Virus record (IMG/VR): IMGVR_UViG_3300037419_001040
Coordinates: 1 to 35,659 of that record
DNA from: a virus
Taxonomy: Duplodnaviria; Caudoviricetes
Length of the DNA stretch: 35,659 nucleotides
Reading direction: 5' to 3' (one strand)
Shown here: piece after piece, positions 16,328 through 23,540 of the stretch
Layout of the letters: the number at the start of each line of letters is the position of its first letter
Numbering within the stretch: the stretch's first letter is position 1
Position numbers and translations under genes: made by a program
Notes under the pieces: generated by a model
The model's database searches: none
Told to the model about the DNA's origin: nothing
Seen by the model: the letters and a program-made list of their open reading frames with translations, nothing else

Positions 16328-17028
16328 ACGTGGTCAGTTGGCTTTGGCGGCAACCACAAGGCCGAACGACCTATACCGCCGAGCACGTGTGGATTTGGGC
16401 GGACATGGTGAGCCGCAACCTGCGGATGAAGCACCGGCTGTCCTGCGTCACGACCGAAACCGATCTCCCGCCGAACGTGGAACGGATCGAGCCGCCCGGC
16501 GAGTTCGAAGACGTGCAACCGGCGTGGGGACCGACCAAGCCCAACTGCTTCCGCCGCCTCGTGATGTTCAGGCGGGACGCGGCGAAGACGTTCGGGCGGC
16601 GGTTCGTGAGCATGGATCTGGATTGCGTGGTCGGAGGTCAGCTCGACCCGGTGTTCGATCGGCCGGAAGACCTCGTGCTGCTGAAGGGGACGGCGCCTGA
16701 CCGACCCTATAATGGCAGCATGGCTCTGATCCTGGCTGGCTGTCGACCGCAGGTTTACGACCGCTTCGACCAGGCGGGAGCAGACATCAGCGGAGAGAAG
16801 TTCGTCGGTTCGGATCAGGCTTGGCTAGCTCACTGTCTCGGATGGGGCGAGAAGACGTGGAGCGAGCGCGACGGGGTGTTCGCCTATGGTCCGCTTTGGG
16901 CGCAGATGCCCGGGAGGGCCCGGCTTCTCTTCTTCCCCGGCAAGATCAAGCCGTGGACGCTGGCGCAGATCCGACTGCATCCGTTCGTGACCGAAAACTA
17001 CCGGATCGAGACGCGGGAGGCCGCTTGA
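16321..17028 (+). CDS. GT-A fold glycosyltransferase
   Basis: NVVSWLW...YTAEHV, FVSMDLDCVV (DxD), YNGSM, SDQAWL, FFPGKIKPW. GTG at 16321 overlaps the MTase stop. Confidence 0.82.
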   Translation: MLNVVSWLWRQPQGRTTYTAEHVWIWADMVSRNLRMKHRLSCVTTETDLPPNVERIEPPGEFEDVQPAWGPTKPNCFRRLVMFRRDAAKTFGRRFVSMDLDCVVGGQLDPVFDRPEDLVLLKGTAPDRPYNGSMALILAGCRPQVYDRFDQAGADISGEKFVGSDQAWLAHCLGWGEKTWSERDGVFAYGPLWAQMPGRARLLFFPGKIKPWTLAQIRLHPFVTENYRIETREAA

Positions 17029-17367
17029 GTGTCGACAGCCCTTTTGCCGGCCGGCGAACGGACGGAACTCATCACGTTTCAACGCGCCACGACGGCTGAT
17101 GACGACTACGGCCAGCCGATCGAGACGTGGACGGACCTGACCACTCGCCGCGCCCGAGTCCGCTTCGGACTGGCGCAGGAGCAGCGGCAGGCGGCGCAGG
17201 AAAGCGCCAGTCAGACCGCCACCTTCGAGTGCATCCGATCTGCTCAGCTCGATAGCATCACGAACAAGGACCGCATCGTCTATCTCGGCGACCAATGGGA
17301 CATCAACGAAACCGCGCCCCTTGATCGCAACACGATTCGCTTCACCGCGATCAGGCTGGCCGACTGA
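17029..17367 (+). CDS. Head-closure/head-tail joining protein (SPP1 gp16-like)
   Basis: AGERTELITFQR...DDYGQPIETW...ITNKDRIVY...WDI. Confidence 0.88.
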   Translation: MSTALLPAGERTELITFQRATTADDDYGQPIETWTDLTTRRARVRFGLAQEQRQAAQESASQTATFECIRSAQLDSITNKDRIVYLGDQWDINETAPLDRNTIRFTAIRLAD

Positions 17368-17747
17368 TGGACTGGCAAGCCGCCTACATCGCCCGGGCCA
17401 AGGCCGCGTACACAGCAACCTATTGGGTGAACGCGCCGCAAGGGACGGCTCTGCCCTACGCGACGCTTCAGGACATTACCGAGCTCCGGCCGCAGACGCT
17501 CGACGGCTGGGACCTGGAGTTCGCCCGGGTCCAGATCGACGTTTGGGGCACGACCTATGCGCAGGTTCAGACCGGCATGAAGGCGCTGATCGACGCGCTG
17601 GTGCCCGGCAACACGTCGAACGGCCACACATTCCAGCGCGCGGACATTGCCCTCGGGCCGCGCGATGTAGGCGGTGAACGCGAGGGCGACACGACGATCT
17701 ACCGCAAGTCCGCGGACCTGATCTTCGCACACACGTCAACAGCCTGA
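17367..17747 (+). CDS. Tail terminator/completion protein (DUF3168-like)
   Basis: APQGTALPYATL...ARVQIDVWGTTY...IYRKSADL. Confidence 0.85.
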   Translation: MDWQAAYIARAKAAYTATYWVNAPQGTALPYATLQDITELRPQTLDGWDLEFARVQIDVWGTTYAQVQTGMKALIDALVPGNTSNGHTFQRADIALGPRDVGGEREGDTTIYRKSADLIFAHTSTA

Positions 17748-17764
17748 AATCATAGGAGAGCGCA

Positions 17765-18229
17765 ATGGCTGCATCGGAGGCACGCATCGGTTGGGGGGGG
17801 AAGCTTTTCCTGTCCACCGATAACACGGAGGAGAATCTCGTCCAGCTTCAGGAGGTCCGTTCGTGCGGCTTCCCGACCGACGAGACGGACGAGCATGAGG
17901 TCACGCACCTTCTCTCGGATGGGCGCCGCAAGGAATATATCCAGGGCCTGATCGACGGCGGCGAGTTCACCGCCACGTTCAACTATGTCCCCGGAAGCAC
18001 GACCGATCTCGCGCTGACCGACGCCAAGAGCACCGGCACCACCCGCAAGGTTCGCGTCGAGGTTCCGGACAACAGCGGCACCGGCACGATCGACTGGAAC
18101 TTCACGTTCAGCGCGTTCGTGAAGAAGTACGCTCCGGACACGATGGAGCCGAATGCTCCGATCACCGCAACGGCGACGTTCCGCATCACCGGTGAGGTCG
18201 ACCAGGGCGCCGGCGCGGCGGGCAGCTGA
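17765..18229 (+). CDS. Tail tube (major tail) protein
   Basis: EVTHLLSDGRRKEYIQGLIDGGEFTATFNYVPG...ATATFRITG; RBS AGGAG. Confidence 0.9.
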   Translation: MAASEARIGWGGKLFLSTDNTEENLVQLQEVRSCGFPTDETDEHEVTHLLSDGRRKEYIQGLIDGGEFTATFNYVPGSTTDLALTDAKSTGTTRKVRVEVPDNSGTGTIDWNFTFSAFVKKYAPDTMEPNAPITATATFRITGEVDQGAGAAGS

Positions 18230-18645
18230 TGCTGACGGCCTTCTATGACGAGGAGGTCGTTCAGCTAGGCGATGATACCCTTCGCCTGGCTGTCGACTTC
18301 CGCGCGATCGATCTCATGGAACACATCGTTGGCGACAGCGATGCGATCACTCCGGCGACGCTGATCGTCGAGCATGTGCTGACCAGCATCCCCTGCCCGG
18401 TAAGCATCTTGTGCAAGGTGCTCTATGCGCTGCTGAGGCGGCACCACGAGGGCATCAGTCTCGACGTCTGCCTCGGGGTCATGGCGAGCGAGCATTCGGT
18501 TGCGGCCTCGTTCGCAATGCAGACCCTGCTGCGCCGTGCGTTCAACTTCGGCGAGCCCGAAAGGCAAGCGAAGGGCAAAAACCCTCGCAAGCCGCGTGGA
18601 GCATCGAAACCTTCCTCAAAGAGTGGATCGCGCTCGGGGGCCTAG
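18229..18645 (+). CDS. Tail assembly chaperone (gpG-like)
   Basis: Follows the tail tube gene and ends in a GKN slippery region. Confidence 0.78.
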   Translation: MLTAFYDEEVVQLGDDTLRLAVDFRAIDLMEHIVGDSDAITPATLIVEHVLTSIPCPVSILCKVLYALLRRHHEGISLDVCLGVMASEHSVAASFAMQTLLRRAFNFGEPERQAKGKNPRKPRGASKPSSKSGSRSGA

Positions 18646-18935
18646 CTTCCGAGTTCTGGCGGCAGACGCCGCGGTCCTACGTCGTTTGCATGGAAGGGAT
18701 GGCCCGCGCGGCAAACCGCAACATCGACCTCGCGATCCTCGGTGCGTGGCACACGGCCATGTTCGGGCTCTCTGGATATGCGGGCAAGCTCAAGGGAAAG
18801 AAGCTCTCCGACTTCCTCACGAGCGCGCCAAGCCCGAGCGACCAGGACGATCACCGGATGCAGAGCGCCAAGGCGATCCACTTCTTCCATCAGATGAAGG
18901 CGCGCGGCTTCCCGGTCGAGATCACGAGGCACTGA
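18574..18935 (+). CDS. Tail assembly chaperone gpT-like segment, reached by -1 frameshift
   Basis: GGC AAA AAC at 18574-18582. The -1 frame is open to 18935 and contains EFWRQTPR...AWHTA. Confidence 0.72.
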
Positions 18936-19402
18936 TGAGCGACTTCGACTTCAAGACGACGGGGTTCACGGTCTCGGGCTTCGCCGAATTGAGCAAGGCG
19001 CTCGACGGACTGACCAAGCAGCAGGTCTCGAAGGGCTTGTCGCCGTTGCTGACCAAGGCGCTGAAGCCGATGAGCCTGGTCGCGATCTCGCTTGCACCCG
19101 ACGATCCGCGCACCGGTCCGCCATACGACCTGAAGAGTTCGATTACAGTCTCGACGCGCCAGCGCAGCGGACGGGCCCGCCGCAACCGCGCGCTCGGCGA
19201 GTATAGCGCCCGCGCCTACATGGGCCCGACGGGCTACGGATATCCGCAGGCGATCATGGACGAGTTCGGCACCATTCACATGAGCGCCCGAGCGTTCATG
19301 CGGCCGGCGTGGGATTCGGGCAAGGAAGGCGCGCTCGAGATCATCAAGGACGGATACGCCGCCCGCGTCTTCAAGACCGCCGCGAAATACAAGCCCGCCT
19401 AG
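18935..19402 (+). CDS. HK97 gp10-like tail component
   Basis: VSGFAELSKALDGL...LKSSI...EFGTIHMSARAFMRPAWD; ATG at 18935 is coupled to the upstream stop. Confidence 0.85.
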   Translation: MSDFDFKTTGFTVSGFAELSKALDGLTKQQVSKGLSPLLTKALKPMSLVAISLAPDDPRTGPPYDLKSSITVSTRQRSGRARRNRALGEYSARAYMGPTGYGYPQAIMDEFGTIHMSARAFMRPAWDSGKEGALEIIKDGYAARVFKTAAKYKPA

Positions 19403-19414
19403 TCTGGAGCATCC

Positions 19415-21850
19415 ATGCCAAGCAACACGCTGATCGGCGCGCTGCGCGTCGAGGCCACGCTCGATGCGGGCAAGTTCGTCGACGGCGCGAAGAAGATCCA
19501 GCTTTCGTCGAAGCAGACCGAGTCCGCTGTCAAGTCGTCGTTCAGCAGCCTAGGTCGGTCAATCAAGGCGGGCATTGCTGGCTTCGTCGGAGCCGTGACC
19601 ATCGGAAGCATCGTCGCGGCTGGCAAGGCCGCGCTCGACTATGCCGGGCACCTTGGCGAACTGGCCGACACGCTCGGTCTGACGACCAAGGATTTGCAGA
19701 CGTTCAGCTTCGCGGCGGGACAGGTCGGCATCAGCCAGGACGAGCTTCAGACGGGCATTCAGAAGCTGACGATCAGCATGGGGCAGGCGCAGCTTGGCGC
19801 GGAGAAGCAGACCAAGGCATTCAACGCCGTCGGCATCTCGATTGACAGTCTGAAGGGCAAGACGGCGGGCGATGTGTTCCGCATTCTCGCCGACCGGCTT
19901 TCCGATGTGTCGGATCGTTCGCAGCGCGCGGCTGTTGAGGTCGCTCTGTTCGGCAAGTCGGGCGCCAAACTCGACAATCTTCTGTCCGGCGCACAGGGCA
20001 GGCTCAGCGAACTCTCCGATGCCGCCGAGCGCCTGGGCATCGTTCTCAGCGATGAGCAGATTGAGAAGGCAGACAGGACTGCCGACAAGCTGGAAGCACT
20101 CAAGACGGTTCTTTCGGCGAATATCGCTGGTGCCGTCGCGGACAATGCCGATTCGATTTACCGGCTCGCGAACTCGATTGCCAATCTCGTCTCGCAAATC
20201 CCGCGCGCGATCAACCAGATCCGCGCATTCTACCATGAAGCGGCGGCGTTTTCGGCACGCACGAGCGGCGGCGTCTCCGGCCTCCTGAACTCGGTTCCAT
20301 CTGGTGTGGTGGATGCGGCCGGGACGATGTTCCCGCTTGCGCGTCTCCTCAACGTCGGTCGCGGCAATCGCGCGAACAACATGCGTGCGCAGGGCCTGAC
20401 CGCTCAGGAAGAGGATTGGCAGGCATTCCTTGCGCGGAACGGGTTCGGCAATCCGACTGGATCGCCCCCTCCGCGCTCGCGACTGCCATCAAGTGACATC
20501 CCGAAGTTCCTCGCCCCGAAGGCGCCGAAGGCACCCAAGGCCAAGGACCGCAACGAGGACACGGAGTTCCAGCTCCAGCAGGAGCTGATGCAGACGGACA
20601 TGGATATCCTGCGCGCCAAGCAACAGTTGGCGGGAAGCAGCGAAGACCGCGCCAAGCTTGATCTGCAGGTCATCGATCTAGAGCACGCCATGCAGGCGGC
20701 AGACATCGATCACCGCGTTGCGCAGGCCCAGCGCCAGTTCGCCGACAAGCAGATCACCAAGGCCACGCTTGATCAGGTCATCGCTCAAGCCGCAGTGCTC
20801 AGGTCCAAGAACGACGAAAAGACCGCCATCGAAAAGCGGGCGCTCGTCGAGGAGCGGCTGACCCGCGCGGAGCAGGCGCAGTTCGAAGGCGCGGACCAGC
20901 AGCGCAAGTTCCAGATCGACGCGCTTCAGGCGGCTGACCAGCTTGCGACGACCGCAGCCGACCACCGCCGCATCCAGCTTCAGATTCTGGACGCGGAGAT
21001 CGAGCAGAAGCGGCTGGAACTGGAGCACGAAAAGCAGTTGGCGATCCGCAACGGCGCCACCGCCGACGAGATCAAGGTTATTCAGGACAAGATCGACCAT
21101 CTCGGAACCGAGCGGGCGCAGGGCGCGGCGCAGATCAACGCGAACACCCGCAACCCGCTGGAGGAATGGGCGGCCGGCGTTCCTCAGACGACAAACGAAA
21201 TCATCGATTCCTTCCAGAAAATCGAAAGTCAGGGCCTCGACAGCCTGACCGATGCCATGACCGACGTGATCACCGGCACGCGCAGCCTCAAGGATGCGTT
21301 CGGGCAGCTCGCAAACCAGATCGTCGCCGACATCGTTCGGATGATCGTGAAGATGATGCTGTTCCGCGCACTGTCGAGCGTCATGGGCCTTGGCATGAAC
21401 TTCAGCCTCAGCGGCGGCCTGGTCGGTAGTGGCACCAGTCCGTTCGCCGGGCCGATCAACAGCGCTAGCTTCGGCAGCGCCAACTTCGGTCTTGGCGGCG
21501 GATTGATTGGCAGCGGCGCGAGCCCGTTCGCTGGCAGCATCCCCGCTTTCGCCACTGGAGGCTCATTCACCATCATGGGCCGCTCAGGCACGGACAAGAA
21601 CGTCCTGGCCCTGAACGGTCTTCCGATCGCCCGCGTGTCCAATATGGAGCGGGTCAGCATCAGCAATGACAACAGCATGGGCGCGGGAATGCCGCCGCCC
21701 GTCCATATCGTCACGAACATCGACGCGACCGGCGCCGATCCGGCGGAACTGTCACGCGTCCGTAGCGCAGTCGCACAGCTGAATGCGGAGCTCCCCTATC
21801 GCGTCGTGCAAGCCTGGTACGATGCCGCGAGCCGGAATGTCATTCGATGA
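19415..21850 (+). CDS. Tail tape measure protein
   Basis: 811 aa, Ala-rich and helical; IGALRVEATLD N-terminus, LFGKSG, FATGG near the C-terminus. Confidence 0.92.
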   Translation: MPSNTLIGALRVEATLDAGKFVDGAKKIQLSSKQTESAVKSSFSSLGRSIKAGIAGFVGAVTIGSIVAAGKAALDYAGHLGELADTLGLTTKDLQTFSFAAGQVGISQDELQTGIQKLTISMGQAQLGAEKQTKAFNAVGISIDSLKGKTAGDVFRILADRLSDVSDRSQRAAVEVALFGKSGAKLDNLLSGAQGRLSELSDAAERLGIVLSDEQIEKADRTADKLEALKTVLSANIAGAVADNADSIYRLANSIANLVSQIPRAINQIRAFYHEAAAFSARTSGGVSGLLNSVPSGVVDAAGTMFPLARLLNVGRGNRANNMRAQGLTAQEEDWQAFLARNGFGNPTGSPPPRSRLPSSDIPKFLAPKAPKAPKAKDRNEDTEFQLQQELMQTDMDILRAKQQLAGSSEDRAKLDLQVIDLEHAMQAADIDHRVAQAQRQFADKQITKATLDQVIAQAAVLRSKNDEKTAIEKRALVEERLTRAEQAQFEGADQQRKFQIDALQAADQLATTAADHRRIQLQILDAEIEQKRLELEHEKQLAIRNGATADEIKVIQDKIDHLGTERAQGAAQINANTRNPLEEWAAGVPQTTNEIIDSFQKIESQGLDSLTDAMTDVITGTRSLKDAFGQLANQIVADIVRMIVKMMLFRALSSVMGLGMNFSLSGGLVGSGTSPFAGPINSASFGSANFGLGGGLIGSGASPFAGSIPAFATGGSFTIMGRSGTDKNVLALNGLPIARVSNMERVSISNDNSMGAGMPPPVHIVTNIDATGADPAELSRVRSAVAQLNAELPYRVVQAWYDAASRNVIR

Positions 21851-22530
21851 AGGCTCCCGTCGAAATGCCGACGATGTACGTCGCGCAGCAATCGTTCGAG
21901 CCGCAGCGGGTGAACTTCACCGCGGCCACTGCTGACGGACGCGCCGGCGGGGTTCAGGCGGGCTTTCCTCTGTGGAGCGCGGTCTACACCCTAGGCAGGA
22001 TGCCTGAAGAAAACTCCGATGAATGGCGGGCGTTCATCTCCGACCAACGTGGCGGGATTCGCCGGTTCATCGGGCGCGACCTCGCGCGGCAATATCCGCG
22101 AGAATATCCCGATGGGTTCGGCGCATTCGGAGCCTTCACCGGGGCCGCGTCCAGTTGGTCTCAGACGGTCAATTCGGATGACGATGCCCGGTTAACCCTA
22201 CATCTCGGATCTGCCGCTGCGGGCCTGATCCTGTCGCAAGGAGATTATGTCGATTTCAGGTACAATGCGACGGAGACGGCCATTTCGGGCATTGCCTGGC
22301 GCGGGCTCACCCGCGTGACCCTTGGCGCAACCGCAGATGGTTCGGGCGATATCACGGTGACCGTCGATCCGCCCGTCCCTGACGCCGTTCCCTCCGACGC
22401 GATCGCTCACTTGGACAATCCAGGCTGCATAATGACGATCGTCGCGGACCAGACGAGCTTCGAGCCGGTCGACCGTTTGTATTCCGTGCGCGGCGGGCAG
22501 ATCGTCGGCATTCAGGACATTCGCAGCTGA
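21847..22530 (+). CDS. Minor tail protein (distal-tail position)
   Basis: ATGA-coupled to the tape measure gene; ATADGSGDITVTVDPP motif. Confidence 0.7.
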   Translation: MKAPVEMPTMYVAQQSFEPQRVNFTAATADGRAGGVQAGFPLWSAVYTLGRMPEENSDEWRAFISDQRGGIRRFIGRDLARQYPREYPDGFGAFGAFTGAASSWSQTVNSDDDARLTLHLGSAAAGLILSQGDYVDFRYNATETAISGIAWRGLTRVTLGATADGSGDITVTVDPPVPDAVPSDAIAHLDNPGCIMTIVADQTSFEPVDRLYSVRGGQIVGIQDIRS

Positions 22531-22533
22531 CGG

Positions 22534-23127
22534 ATGAAGACGTTCAGCGACGAGGCCCTGGCCGCGCTCCAGCGGGGCGATGCGATCGTGTCGGCATCGG
22601 TCGAGATCATTCCCCCAACCGGCGATCCCATTCGCTTGTGGGGTGGGTATGGAACGGCCAATCTTCCTGCCGATGGCGGCACGGAATCGTTCTCGGGGAT
22701 CGGCGACCGCGGGCTTGTCCAAACGACCGCAGGCGCGATCGGCGGAACGGCGCAGGGCCTGACGCTCAGCCTTTCGGGAATAGAATCTGCTGCGCTCGAC
22801 GTTCTCGACGCGAGCGAGATCGAACAGGCGAGTGTCGTCGTCCGCCGGCTCATTTTCGATAGCGCGGGAAAGACGTTGCTCGGAGCGTATGTCTTCACCC
22901 GCGGTCGTGTCGACGAACTGAGGACAATCGAAAGCATTGGCGGTGCCGCCGCGATACAAGTGGCAGTCGAAGGCGCCGCGCGCGGGCTGGGAAGGCGCGG
23001 CGGCCGTCTACGCTCCGATTCCGATCAAAGGCTCGTGAGCGCGAACGACGGCTTTTTCAAGCACGTCAGCTATGCCGGACAGAAAACAGTTTATTGGGGC
23101 GGGAAGAAGCCCGCGACGTTCGGGTGA
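22534..23127 (+). CDS. Minor tail/hub protein
   Basis: IRLWGGYG...LTLSLSGI...RSDSDQR...DGFF...VYWG. Confidence 0.72.
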   Translation: MKTFSDEALAALQRGDAIVSASVEIIPPTGDPIRLWGGYGTANLPADGGTESFSGIGDRGLVQTTAGAIGGTAQGLTLSLSGIESAALDVLDASEIEQASVVVRRLIFDSAGKTLLGAYVFTRGRVDELRTIESIGGAAAIQVAVEGAARGLGRRGGRLRSDSDQRLVSANDGFFKHVSYAGQKTVYWGGKKPATFG

Positions 23128-23540
23128 CGCGGGATATCGCCGCGCTGCTCGCCTATCTCTCGGAGCGGGCGTTCATGCCTTACGAGTGGGGCCGCAAGGC
23201 GAACGACTGCATGAGCTTCCCGGCTGGCGCGGTGAAGGCGCAGACCGGAACTGATCCGGCGAGCGGTTTGAAATGGAAATCTCGAGCCACCGCGCTTTCA
23301 TTGCTCAACAAGCTCGGCGGGGTCGAAGCGGTTCTGGATGCAAGGTTCGAGCGCATCCCTCCCGCCCGTGCGATGCGCGGCGACATTGGCGTCGTTCCAG
23401 ACGAAGAGCTTGGCGTGCATCCGGTCATTGTCGAGGGCGTGACCATCTGCGCGCCGGGTGAACGCGGCCTCAAGCGTCTGCCGCGTTCGGCAATGACGGC
23501 GGCATGGGACATCACGAGTCAGAAGAAGACGCGTGTCTAA
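23124..23540 (+). CDS. NlpC/P60-like tail assembly protein (DUF6950-like)
   Basis: PYEWGRKANDCMSFPAGAVKAQTGTDP...AMRGDIG...AAW. Confidence 0.78.
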   Translation: MTRDIAALLAYLSERAFMPYEWGRKANDCMSFPAGAVKAQTGTDPASGLKWKSRATALSLLNKLGGVEAVLDARFERIPPARAMRGDIGVVPDEELGVHPVIVEGVTICAPGERGLKRLPRSAMTAAWDITSQKKTRV

